Shown here: in pieces, positions 25,551 through 37,513 of the stretch | Numbering within the stretch: the first letter of the stretch is position 1 | How the letters are laid out: each line of letters begins with the position of its first letter | Notes under the pieces: model-generated | Told to the model about the DNA's origin: nothing | What the model saw: only the letters and a program-made list of their open reading frames with translations | The model's database searches: none | Assembly (NCBI RefSeq): GCF_001447785.1 | Contig: NW_015162019.1 | Location: 62,001-126,000, forward strand | DNA: 64,000 bases | Reading direction: 5' to 3' | Origin: Gekko japonicus | Taxonomy: Eukaryota | Position numbers and translations under genes: made by a program

Positions 25551-26568
25551 TTTCTCTTGCCCCTCAGGTCCACTGGCAGGCTCACACAGTGCCTACCACC
25601 GCTGATCAACGCTGCAGAATTTCAGAAAAGCAGCCACAGCAGCCACCAAAAACACCCAAATCCCTGCCAGCTGAGAGAACAAGCCCAGACCCCAAAGGCC
25701 AAGAATTAAATGACTGGGCGCCAAGTAATCTAACACCGGGAGTTAATCCAAATTGCTTTTCTTTTACAGCCATCAGGATACATCCCAATTCGCGCCAATT
25801 AAAAAAATAAATAAAGAGGAGGTGAAGAGATACAGACAGTCCGGCTTTTTCTCACGAACTTTACATTACTTTGAAAACATAATTACAGCCGCCACCTGAA
25901 ATATGCTGAACAAACACAGTCAACCCCCAACAGCCAGTGGAGCCAGGAAAGTAGGCACTGTCTCTGCCATTCAGAAGGCAGCCTTTGTGGGGTGGATTCC
26001 CCCCCCCATTACTCTCTCTCTCTTTTAAAAAAAGATGAGTGTGTCTCCTCTGGAAGCACATCCCTTCCATCAGCTGGCTGAAAGGAAGTTCAGACTCCTG
26101 CAGTAGTCTCTGAACAAGGACCGGCGTCCCAAGTGTGGAGCTGCTGATTGGGGAGTTTCATCTGGCAATGAATTCTCCACGACCCCAAACAGAAGGATGA
26201 GAACAGCTGCTTTGTAGTCCCACAGCAGTTGCAAAGCTTGTGGGATACAGGATGGGAGGGGGAGAAGGGGACGATCTGATAGCAAATGTACAAAATGGGA
26301 GGGAGGGGTGAGTGCTGAAACTTCCATTTCAGAAGGAAGGGGGGTTTGTCTCAGGACTCAAGCATGCCACAGAAAGAGCCTTGGCAAAGTCACATGCCCC
26401 AAAGGTGGCAAATTTACTGCATCGTAACCAGGAATCCACTTTTGACGATGGAACTAGACTTCTGTTCCTTCTGAGACATGCCACAATTCAGCAGATGGCT
26501 GGATGCAATTTTGAGTCTTGTCTTATTAAAATTAAATGCATACACAACGTCTGTGCACTTGGGGCTTA

Positions 26569-26821
26569 AAGGTAAAGGTAAGGGTTCCCTTTGCTCGAAA
26601 GCCAGTCGAATCCGACTCTAGGGTTGCGGTGCTCATCTCCGTTTCAAAGCTGAAGAGCCAGCGCTGTCCGAAGACGTTTCCGTGGTCATGTGGCTGGCAT
26701 GACTAAACACCAAGGCGCACGGAATGCTGTTACCTTCCCACTGACGTGGTACCTATTTATCTCCTTGCAATTTCTTGCTTTCGAACTGCTAGGTTGGCAG
26801 GAGCTGGAACTAGAGATGGGC
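26569..26821 (-). mobile_element. 5'-truncated Sauria SINE
   Basis: Nearly identical to 11540-11790. Confidence 0.9.
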
Positions 26822-27142
26822 GTTGTTGTTGCTGTTCAGTCGCACAGTCGAGTCCAACTCTTCGCGACCCCATGGACCAGGTCACACCAGGCCCTCCTGT
26901 CTTCTGCTGTTCTCTGAAGTTCGCTCAATTTCATGTTCGTTGCATCGATGACACTGTCTAACCATCTCATCATCCTTTGCCGTCCCCGTCTTCTTTGACC
27001 TTCAATCTTTCCCAGCATCAGGGTCTTCTCCAGTGAGCGCTCCCTTCTCATTGGGTGGCCAAAGTATTTGAGCTTCAGTTTCACTATCTGGCCTTCCAGG
27101 GAACAGTCAGGGTTGATTTCTTTTAGGATTGACTGATTTGAT
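26822..27142 (-). mobile_element. BovB (RTE) LINE 3' end
   Basis: SNQSILKEINPDCSLEGQIVKLKLKYFGH...LEKTLMLGKIEGQRRRGRQRM..WLD...LVHGVAKSWTRL; (CAA)n tail. Confidence 0.93.
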
Positions 27143-27529
27143 GGGCTTACAAGGTAACAAATGGGACTCTGCCCTGAGGAGCTTGCAACCTCAACCTGGA
27201 CCCAAGAAGAGAGAAAAAGAGGAAGATGCAAGGATAGATGGGGGGGGGGCATTCGGTGCTCATTCCAGTTAGTCATGCTTACATTTCATTTCAGGCGAAA
27301 GGACTGTGCAGAGACTGGAAGGTAGGGGAAGGGTTGGCATTTCATAGGTGTTCAAGGACGGGGCAGGCACAAGGTACAAGCAAGGGAGACAAAGTGAAGT
27401 CATTTAAAGGAGCAGAATCTTGCAGCAAGTTGAGGGTGATATAGAAGAAGAAGAGAGAAAAAAACACATGTGATACCAAAGCAGCAGGATAGGAAGAAGT
27501 CCATAGCTGGCTTTGAAAGTACAGAGGAG

Positions 27530-27735
27530 GTCTCTTTTTTATCGTTCTTATTGGAACTGTACCAGACTCTTTCACCAAGGAGCTCAGGGCAGCATACATG
27601 GGTGTGTTCACCTTCCACCTCCCCCAATCCACTTTATCCTTGCAACAGCCTTGTGAGGTAGGTTAGGCTGAAAAAGTGACTGGTTCAGGGTCATCGAGTG
27701 AGAGTTGTGGCTGAGTGGGCATTTGAACCCAGATC
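27530..27735 (-). mobile_element. Squam3-type SINE
   Basis: gtgaggtaggttaggctga, gtgactgg, gggcatttgaacccag. Confidence 0.8.
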
Positions 27736-27996
27736 TGTGCTTGATCTAGGAGTGGATGGGAAGTCAGTGGAGGGATATGGCTTCTACAACAAGAGGGACA
27801 AATGATTTGGAACTGAACTCACCCAGAGACACATTGTACAGTGAGAGTCTTGGTGACTCTAGTGAGAGTCATGGCTGACTGGGCATTTGAATCCAGGTCG
27901 CTGCTGGATCTGGGAGCAGATAGGCAGACTATGGAAGGATATGGTTTGTACAACAAGAGGGGCAAATGATTTGGAACTGAACTCGCCCAAACACAC
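27697..27996. repeat. Diverged tandem duplication, period about 164 bp
   Basis: tacaacaagaggg(a/g)caaatgatttggaactgaactc and its upstream sequence occur twice. Confidence 0.85.
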
Positions 27997-29186
27997 ACAC
28001 ACACACACACTCCCTCACAGCCAACATTTCTTGTGAGGAAGGACAAAGGAATCTGGAGAGCTTGTGCTCCCTGACAATCCGTTGTACACACATAGTGCCT
28101 TTAAATGTAAGCTGTCCTGAGAGCCTGTTCGCGGGGAGGGTGGGATAGAAACCCAATAAATAAATAAATGCTTTAAAAAATGACAACAACACTCTTGCTA
28201 CAAAAGCAAGAGGCGGTTCCTGTAGAATATTTCAGCGAATGCACCACTGCAAGTATTATTCTAAAGCATACCACTTCCTTACTTTTCACAGCACATGAAT
28301 GCTCCAGCAGAGAAAAACACAAGAGGAAACTAAAGCAACGGGGGCTTTGAATGCAGAAGGAAGCCACGTCAGGCGATGGCATCAGAAGGGCTGGGGAACC
28401 CTCCGACGTGGTGGAGCTGCCCACGCAGGGAACACAGAAGCCAGAGCCAAAAAGAATCACCGGCACCCACACGGAAAGGACAAAAGTGAATCACACGCAC
28501 GCTCGCTTGGTCCACACAGCCCCTGCAGAGCCTCTCCTTTTATTCTTTTTTAAAAGAACAGCACAAACTGATCTCTTTGAGCTGCCTTTGGTACAGCTGG
28601 GAAGTTTTGCCACCTCCTGGGCCAGGAAGGAGTCCTGACCCAGTCCCCTCCCAGGATCGGCCACAAGGCACCAAAGATAAAGAGCCCCATTTTCGCCAAT
28701 CCACATAAGTTGTCAGGACCTGGGATGGGAGGCTGGTGCCCTGATTGCTTTTGTGATTGGAAGACAGCCATAAACCGCTGGCTTGGTACAGCCTGAAGCA
28801 TTCAGTCACTAGCTACATCCTGATGTTTTAATGAACTATTTGTAAGTATTTCAGTTAATGGGTGCATGGACGTTTTTAGCAGATATAAGAAAAGAAACGG
28901 GGGGATCCTTCAAGGTCCACCTAGCTCCGCATCCCAATTCCCACAGTGTGAGCCTTGGGAGGGGAGGTTACTACTTCACAATTCTGACCAGTCTGCAGAT
29001 GACTCTTCTTGGAGGTGGAGGCTTTTTATGGGTAGGATACAGTGATCTCTTTTCCACATTCCCCTCCTCCAGCAGTCCTTTCCAACTCCAGGAAAGTTTA
29101 ATTCCCAGAATCACGGGACCCACGTGCACTAACAACCACACTCGTCAACTATGAACTAATAAAACTAACTAACCACACTCGTCAAG

Positions 29187-29268
29187 GATGCTTTAGGCTC
29201 ATCCTGCATTAAGCAGGGAATTGGACCAGATGGCCTGTATAGCCCCTTCCAACTCTATGATTCCGTGA
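29187..29268 (+). mobile_element. CR1 extreme 3' tail
   Basis: ggaccagatggcc...ccccttccaactctatgattccgtga. Confidence 0.8.
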
Positions 29269-29572
29269 GTCAGGAGGCTGCAGTGGGGAGCAGGAAGGGA
29301 ATGAACTTTCCATCCCTCTCTTCCGTATGAGAGACGTTCCAGTGACAGAAGAGGGGGAAAGAGGGATTTTGTCTCCTTTTACCTCCCCACTGCATCCTCC
29401 AGAACGACATGGACTTCTGGGATAGGGAAACACACGAAAGCACCATCACCTTCGGCATCTACTACTGATAGACCACTGGATCCAACCCCATGAGTTCAAG
29501 ACTGCTCTCGCCCTGCCTTTGTTGAGATGGCCTAGTGCAGCCTTAACACCTCTGGAATTCTTTTACGGACAA

Positions 29573-29905
29573 GCTGTGGCTCAGTGGTAGTTGCACGGAA
29601 GCCTGTTGTAGCACAATAATACAGAAGTCCAGAGGCACCTTAAAGACTAACTGCATTCATTTCAGCATGAGCCTTTGTGAGTCACAGCCACGTGAGTCCC
29701 GACTTAGGAAAGCTCATGCTGAAATAAACGTTGTTAGTTGCTAGATTTTTGTTCAGAGGTCCAATTCCTGGCAGTTAAAGGATCTCAGGTAACAGGTTTT
29801 AGTCCCTCTCTGCCTGTGACCCACGAGAGCCACTGCCAGTCATGGGAGAAAATACTGAGCTGCGGGGGCCAACGCTGTCTGGTGCTGCAATAAGGCAGCT
29901 TCATA
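29573..29905 (+). mobile_element. Squam2-type SINE interrupted by a Penelope fold-back remnant (about 29604-29753)
   Basis: Head gctgtggctcagtggtag resumes as ggtccaattcctggc; insert has inverted ttcagcatgagc / gctcatgctgaa. Confidence 0.7.
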
Positions 29906-30339
29906 TAGTCTTTAGCAAAAATCTACAGCTCTGCTCTTCTGCATTTAGATGGATGGGCTATAGGGTGATGGAGCTCCTCTGGGGCTCGAAGCACAGAGGC
30001 AGCCAGCCCCCTTTTCTATCATCTAGGTTTTTGCAAAAAATTTCCTAAAATCTGAGTCGTGACTTAGCATGCTTTTGACTTACAGTTTAATACACAAAAC
30101 TAAGAAACCCACAGCAGCACTAACTTCATCTGTTATGAAAACATTTGTTTTTCTGACAGCTAAAATGAAGTGCTTTATTAGGGGCGAAAATATAAGTTCA
30201 ACGACGCACCCTTAATGTGGCTAAAACACTTTATGCGGGTGTGACATTTAATGTTTGTATACTTCTGTAGCACAGTTAGCTAAAAAAAATAAATCCAATT
30301 ATAAAACTTGAAAGTGCCCAATACTCTGGCAGTAGATGC

Positions 30340-30680
30340 AGGATGGACAAAAGGAAATACTACTTTACACAGAGGGTGATTCAAAAATGTGGAATTCGCT
30401 GCCAGAGGATGTAGTGATGGCCATAGGAATAGACAGCTTTAAAGGGGGATTAAATAGATTCATGGAGGATAAGTCGATCAATGGCTACCAGCCATGGTGA
30501 CTGAGGGGAACGTTCACATTCAGAGGCACTAAGCCTCTGAATCCCAGAGCTAGGAGGCACATCAGGGGGAAGGTCTCAGCCTCTATGCCCTGTTGTTGGC
30601 TTTCCAGAGGGACTGTGGCCACTGTGTGAGACAGGATGCTGGACTAAGTGGATCACTGGTCTGATCCAGCAGGGCTCTTA
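30340..30680 (+). mobile_element. CR1 LINE 3' end
   Basis: Close match to 9115-9460. Confidence 0.9.
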
Positions 30681-30966
30681 TTGTATACAATTATCACTTG
30701 TTGCTTTTATGAAAACAATGCACGTTTAGAAATGAGGAAAAGATGCCTGGAAAAGTGTAACAGTGGGAAATGTTCTATTATGGAAAAATTTCTGCCCCAC
30801 ATCATTGGACTAGGCGTGTTGAGCTCTAAACCACAGTGTTTTTTGTGATCCGGAGCTCTTCTGCAAAGTAGACCCACTTTCTTCTTACCTGGCCAGTGCA
30901 AGCTCCAGAGGAAAGGTCACCACAAACAAGAAATGTGCTGTTTTTAAGGCTGTGTCGTGGGTAGAG

Positions 30967-31294
30967 CAGGGGTCTCCAGCGTGGCGCCTGCAGGCACCAT
31001 GGCACCCACGGACACCTGCCAAGTGTTTTTAGAAAATGGGTGGGGCTGTTGCCCAGCAAGGCTTCTCATTGGCCACTGGAGTTCTGATTGGCTGCGAAGA
31101 TTTTTATAAACGTTGCTTCGGCGGCAGCTGCCACCACAGCACAAGGCTCCTCATGATATGACTGAAGGTAAGCTGTGGCAGCCCTTCTGTGGTTGGCTCC
31201 GCCTCCTGCGTCCAGCAGACATTTTGAGGCTGTGCCCACCACACTGTGCCAGAATTCCAAAGGTGCCCAGAGAATCAAAACGTTTGGGAGCCCC
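30967..31294. mobile_element. hAT MITE family B, inserted in a Squam3-type SINE that continues to about 31460
   Basis: Left TIR caggggtctccagc; right end gtttgggagcccc; similar to 32112-33510 and 42356-42576. Confidence 0.7.
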
Positions 31295-31579
31295 AGGTTT
31301 AAATCCCCACTTGCCATGAAGCCTTGCTGGGTAATTCTGGGCCACTCCTTCCATCTCAGCCTTGCCTACCTCATAGGTGTGTTTGAGGATGAAGTGTAGG
31401 CTGCAGAATCCTGTGTGCTGCTCTGAACCCTTTGGAGGAATGATGGGATAAAAATTTGCTAGATAGCAATGATGGGATAAAAATTTGCTAGATAGCAAGC
31501 TTGCAGAGAAGTCGCACCATCCCCATCCGCCTGTACTCCCTTCAACTGCTGACTAAAGGTGTCATTCAGTGTAACATTT

Positions 31580-31719
31580 AACCGTTCTGGAAGAACAATA
31601 CAGTAATTAGTTATCTTCGGCATCCTATAAACCAGTATTTTCCATGTTAAACCGTTCTGCAAGAACAATACAGTAATTAGTTATCTTCAGCATCCTATAA
31701 ACCAGTATTTTCCATGTTA
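31580..31719. repeat. Tandem duplication 2 x 70 bp
   Basis: Two copies differing at two positions. Confidence 0.95.
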
Positions 31720-32111
31720 TTTGGACAGGGAAGCTCAGGAGAAATCAAACAGATCCCCCACTTACTCCATCACAGGCTTATGAAATAACGGCCTCTGGAG
31801 GACAGAACTGTCATTTTTTTTAAATAAAGAATTATTGGGAACTGCTTGCGAAGGCAGGATATTTTTTCCCTGGCTTGGGTTGAATGCTCAACATGGGGCT
31901 CATCCGGCAGAGTGCCACTGGTACTCAGTGTAGTTATTGCGTACAGAACAGGTGACGTGCTTCTACACCCTGAGGAGAACAGGCAGGAGTGAAGACATAT
32001 AGCTGCCATACTAAATCAGACCATTGGTCCATCAAGGTCGGTAGCATCTTCTCTGACTGGCAGCATCTCGCCAAGGTCTTAGGCAGAGGTCTCTGACATC
32101 ACCTTCTACCT

Positions 32112-33510
32112 CAGAAGTCTCCAACCTTTCGAGCCTAGAGACACTTCTGGAACTCTGACAAAGGGCAGTGGGCACAATTGTAAATATTACAAGAACTGGG
32201 ACTCCTGGTGTAAAGCAGTAGATAAAGGCAAAGAAACAACAAGTGTGTAGCTGTTACAAGCATTTAACTGCAATACATCCAGAATTATTTTTTTCTTTTC
32301 TTTTGTGTAATGTTTAGAAATTATATAATCAAATAAACAATAAATCTAAGCAATTTCGGGTAATTATTATAGTCTCGGGTTTAAAAATTCATACAATCAC
32401 AGAAGCTCACGGCAAAAACTTCTGCTATTCACAACGTACAATTCACAATTGCATAAAGATGTTCGCAGACGCAATACAGTTTAAAGGGACAGTTTCAAGG
32501 AACACATTCTTTACAAGTTAAAGAAACAGTTCCAAAACAGTTCAGCTTCCACAACAAATGTTGTGAAAATATACAAACTAGAAACTCACTCCTGAAAATT
32601 ATATGAATTTCAACATAAGACTTAAATCATCTGCAACATGGAGTGGTTTCTTTTGCCATCTGAATCCTGCACAGACTATGTGTCTCCGAGGTAAAGAGAA
32701 CGTTTCGACAAACTTCTTCAAGTCGCACAGAAAGATTCAAAGAATTCAGAAGGCACTCATATCGGAACCCGTTTTTCATGAAACATAATTGTAGCTAGTA
32801 AAGCTTAACACTTCCTTCAGTATGAATGACTAGGTTCTCCATGTTACAGATGATTTAATTCTAATACTGAAACTTGTATAATTTTCGGGAGTGAGTTTCT
32901 AGTTTGTATATTTATGCAACATTTGTTCTGGGAGCAGAACTGTTTCAGAACTGTTTCTTTAACTTGCATTGTAAAGGACGTATCGCTTGAAACTGTTCCT
33001 TTAAACTATATTGCGTCTGCGAACGCCTTTATGCGATTGTGAATTATATATTGTGAACAGCAGAAGTTATTGTTGTGAGCTTCTGTGATGGTAAAAAAAA
33101 TTAATCCTGAGACTATAAAAATTACCCTGAATACTTTATTGTTTATTTGATTGTATAAGTTATAAACATTACACAAAAGAAAAGAAAAAAATAGCTCTGG
33201 ATGTATTGAAGCTAAGTGCTTGTAACAGGCTATACACTTGGTATTTCTTTGCCTTTATCAACAGTTGTAAATATGGCTGTTACAGGGAGTGGCGCCAACC
33301 ACAAAACGGCAGGTACTGAGGTTATATACAAGTCTAACAGTAACCCTTCAACATTTCAGGCAGAAGCTGTGTTGCCTTTTAATCTGCACAGCCAATCAGA
33401 AGCCCTGCTGGGAAAAAGCTGCACCTGGCTCTGCCCACTTTCTATAAGCATTTGGAAGGCACCAGGAAAAGTGCTGGCAGGTGCCATGGGCACCACATTG
33501 GGAACCCCTG
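32112..33510. mobile_element. hAT MITE family B split by a Penelope-type insertion
   Basis: Ends cagaagtctccaacc ... ttgggaacccctg. Confidence 0.7.
32188..33260. mobile_element. Penelope-type fold-back insertion with about 420-bp inverted arms
   Basis: Arms 32221-32643 and 32837-33259; TSD acaattgtaaatat (32174-32187) / acagttgtaaatat (33261-33274); hammerhead-like remnant in the spacer. Confidence 0.75.
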
Positions 33511-35329
33511 ATCTTTTGAACGGGAGATGCCAGGATTGAACCTGCAACCTTCTGCTTGCCAAGCAGGTCTTCCACCACTGAACTATGGGCCCTGATGGCG
33601 GCGGCTGCTCTTTTTACCTTCTTTGGACCAAGGCTACTGGATACTGAGGAAATCCCTGCTGTGCACACCACTGATGCGGCTGAACACGTGAAATTGACGC
33701 CACCATTTTGAAGGTTCTTGCATATCAGTGGGACAGGTCAGGGACTAGCGAGAGCAGTGGCTGAACAATCTGGGAGTAAGTAGCTGAGTAGATTCCCATC
33801 AGTCGCCATGCTGAAAGGCTGCAGCAGCTTGTTCGGCCATAAGACTGGTTCTTTTGAATCGCCAGGAGCTTGCAGGGATCATTTTCTTGGCTTGCACTGC
33901 ATACATCCCCTTTACTGGTGAGGCCATGGACAAAGGAATCACGGCACAACTCTGATTTTTAGGTGCATAGTGCCAGACCGTGCCATGTAAGGGCTGGTAC
34001 ATAACAGCAGTACAGTTCAAAAAACAACCAGCTACACATAAACAAGAGCTCTGCACAGATCTACTGCCTTCCTAACCAAGTAATACTTGTTCCCAGGACT
34101 GCAGGAACTGAAACTTCCAATGGAATAAAACAAAGCTCACCCAGTCCGGAAGGCCTCTGATGCCTGCAGATATTTTTGCCTGCATCAAGATCTTTCAAGC
34201 TGCCACTGTTGTGCATAGTTATGTCTCTGCTGTTTTTAATTAATTTATTTGGTTTTCATGTGTTTAATGTGATTGCCCCTTCGCTTAAAATAATAAACCC
34301 TAGATGCTAGGGGGGGGGGGGAGGCAGGAGACTATTTTACTTTACTTCGAAGGTTTTTGAACCTTCTCCTTGGCCAAGGCACAGCTTCTCAAAGTACCAC
34401 CTTGGGTCCCTGAACTGGGTGAAAAGGTGACAGAGGAATGTTTTAAATAAACAAATAAAATGTTTTGAATGAATAGGTAAAACAAATCCCCTCTCCCCCC
34501 GGCTTTAAGAGGAGAGCACCAACCACGAGCCCTGCTCATAGGCCTGTTTGTCAGGCAAAGAAGTCAGAGACTGTGCTCACAATGAACACAAAGTTCCACA
34601 GAAGGGTGGTTTTTCTCCTTCCCATTCTCAGCTTCTGACAACTGAAGCCCTGCCTGAGTCTCATTCTCTCGCCAAGTCCGCTTTGAAAAGAACTGCCAGC
34701 ATGCCAAGTTTCAGTAACTTCGAGAGAAAGATGGCACAGCCTTCTTTCCCAGGTATCACTTCCCACTCTGCTAAAAATAGTGAGAAGAAGGGGGGGGGGG
34801 GAGAGGCAGGCAAAGAGAGGGCAAGTGGATTAGTCACCAAGAAATGAAACAACCTTTCAGCAACCCTTTGTAGTGTATTTAGTGCACTCCACCCCTCTCC
34901 CTCCACACACACTTTCACTCATTTTCTCTGTGCAAAGAGTTTCTCCTTTTCATTCAGGTGCAAGCCTAGCTACGCAGGCACAAGTGGAATGGCATCAGGG
35001 GCCTGAAACTGGTGGTGAAACTGAAAGGGGCTCAGGAGGAAAATGACAGCTCAACCCCAATGCCGCAACACAACCGGCTCAAAGGACAGAAGGACAGCCC
35101 AAGCTTGAACGGGCCCAGATGGCAGTGAGATTCCTGTCTCCCACTTTTCCAAGCAACTTCTAAAAATAATCCAGTGGCAGGGAATGTGGTCAAGGGCACT
35201 GCCTGCTTTGTCTTCCTGACACCCCAAGCAAAAAAGCAGACTACAGGTAATGTTCACCCGTGAGACAGGGGGAGAGATGGTGACACAGACAAGATCTACC
35301 GCAGACAAGATCTACCGCAGACACATTTA

Positions 35330-35496
35330 GGGCCAAACCAGATGTGTGCTGGGAGCTCCATGTCTGGAGTGCGGAGGGGTTTTTTAAAACTCCATTTTCG
35401 GGCGGGTGGGACCCCTACTCCTTTGAGATGAATAGATTTTTAAAAACCACTGAGAACTTCAGACATAGAACTCTCAACGGACACACAGTTTGGCAC
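35330..35496. mobile_element. Palindromic MITE, probably PIF/Harbinger
   Basis: gggccaaac / gtttggcac ends, internal inverted symmetry, tta/taa flanks. Confidence 0.6.
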
Positions 35497-35983
35497 TAAG
35501 TATGTCCACTGCACATAAACTTTCTAAGCCAACGTCCCTCCTCCTCGGCACACAGAGCTTTCAGTACACATTGAGTTTTGCACTCTGATGCAAGGAATTC
35601 CCGGATTCATAGTTAGGCAGAGCAATGGAACAACTGAACCGGCTACAACTCTTGATCTTCTGATTAACTGAGCACCTGAAGTTGCCTTCTGGTGAGCCAA
35701 AGCACCCTGCCAAGTGCTGCCTACTCTGACTTGGAGGTGGCTGTCTAGGGTCTTAGGCCAAGAGAAGTTTATGCTGGCCACGACTACCTTTTAAAAAATA
35801 CTGTTTATCTCTTTGGATTCATTTGCACAGTGCCACCAATGTGCATTTTTACACAGTACAAGACATTGTTTGGTCCCTGTTCCAAGGAGACTTCAAGCCA
35901 TATTTTGAGATGAGGAAAACAACATTCAAAAGTTAAGCCCATTGGTTCATCCAGCTCAGTGCTGTATAGTCTGACCAGTGGTG

Positions 35984-36192
35984 ATGGTGGTGCAAAGTAC
36001 CATCAAGTCACAACCAATTTACAGCAGTCCTGCAGGATTTTCAAGGCAAGAGACGTTCAGAGGTGGTTTGCCATTGTATGCCTCTGCATATCCAACCCCA
36101 GACTTCCTTGGTGGTCTCCCGTCCAAAGTACTAACCAGGCCTCACCCTGCTTAGCTAACCAGATCGAGGTAGCCTGGGATATCCAGCACAGG
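35984..36192 (-). mobile_element. 5S-Sauria-type SINE nested in a Squam2-type SINE
   Basis: Imperfect TSD gtctgaccagtggtg / gtctgactggtggtg. Confidence 0.8.
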
Positions 36193-36233
36193 GTCTGACT
36201 GGTGGTGGATCCCCAGAATCTTGGGCAGAAAAA

Positions 36234-36480
36234 GAAGAAGAGAAGAGGAGATTGGATTTATACCCTTGCCCTTCACTTGGAGTTTCAGAGCGGCTTACAA
36301 ACTCCTTTCCCCCTCCCCACAGCAGGCACCCTGTGAGGTAAGTGGGGCTGCAAGAGCTCTGAGGGAAACTGCTCTTTCAAGAACAGCTCTGACAGAACTA
36401 TGGCTTGCCCAAGGTCATCCAGCAGCTGCAAGTGGAGAATTAAACCTGGTTCTCCCAGATTAGAGTCTGCGCACTTAACC
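36234..36480 (-). mobile_element. Younger Squam3-type SINE subfamily with (TTC)n tail
   Basis: Matches 38727-38985 and 55103-55381. Confidence 0.85.
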
Positions 36481-36589
36481 CTCCCAACACCCTTTGACTG
36501 GAGATGCTGGCATGGTGGCAATGGAACTTGGAGCCTTCTCCACACAAAACACGTGCTCTACCACTGAGCCATGGTCACACGAACATACA

Positions 36590-36762
36590 AGTCAGGCTGT
36601 TAGTCTACCAAGGTCAGTCCTGTCCACTCCAGCAGCTTGCCAAAGTCTCAGGCAGATGTCTTTCACATCGCTTTACCTCTCGACCCTTTTAACCAGAGAT
36701 GCCAGAGACTGGACATGGACCTTCTGCATGCAAAGCAAAGGATCCATATCCGAGCCATGGCC
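36590..36762 (-). mobile_element. Squam2-type SINE
   Basis: ccttttaaccagagatgcc, ggaccttctgcatgcaaagca. Confidence 0.75.
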
Positions 36763-37307
36763 ACTTCCCCACAATGAAGAAAAGGGAGTGAGGTGGTGGG
36801 GCTTACGTGCAAAACTGGGTTTTGAGGAGGAGGAATCTGAAGAAAGGGAGAGAGGCAGCCACACGCAGATGTTCCAGGAGAGGGTTCCAAGCATAACAAG
36901 GTGGCAGCAAGGAAAAGAGTGCAAACTGAGGCAGCAGGAGTCCTTTGCATCAGCAAGAGTAAGGAAATTGGGTGTACTGAGGTGTACCGGGATATGAAAG
37001 TCAAGGCTTACATCCAAGGTTGGAATGGGTTTGTCATTTTGAAAAAAAAGATTTCTTTTTCATGGGCCATGAGACAGTATGTAAAGATGGAATCGTGTGC
37101 ATGCACATGTGTGGGGGTGGAATGTTACAAGTTTTGCACTGGACCCAGGCTTGGGTCCTGATAAGCGGTTTGGGAGTGAGAAGGACATAGAGGACACTGA
37201 AAGCAACGGCATGGAGGTGTCCTTAGTGGGTCTGACTTTCCAACAGTTGCATCCTAAACAGAGTTTCACCCTTCGCTTTGAAGCCAACAGGCTGAGAAGG
37301 GTCATAC

Positions 37308-37513
37308 CAATGTTCCCTCTAAGCTTTGGAGTCTTGTGGACAAAAATTCTACTTTGTGAGCTACTGGCCTTAGAGTTGTGAGCGAGTGATTTCGCTACTG
37401 CATAAATTAATTGGCTCTGGAGCCCTCCTTCCTGAGCTGAGACAAAAATGTGTGAGCTGGAGGCCAGAAAACTGTGAGCTAGCTCACACTAACTCAGCTT
37501 AGAGGGAACACTG
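37308..37513. mobile_element. hAT MITE family A copy 3
   Basis: Full TIRs; gtcatac duplicated on both flanks. Confidence 0.92.

Larger units (their letters stand above)
31995..33595 (-). mobile_element. Squam2-type SINE split by nested hAT and Penelope insertions
   Basis: Halves 31995-32111 and 33511-33595 join into one SINE. Confidence 0.75.

Noticed and set aside
33799-34056. 85-aa minus-strand ORF (MASPVKGMYAVQAKK...)
   Set aside because: Short, no recognised homology and no supporting splice signals.
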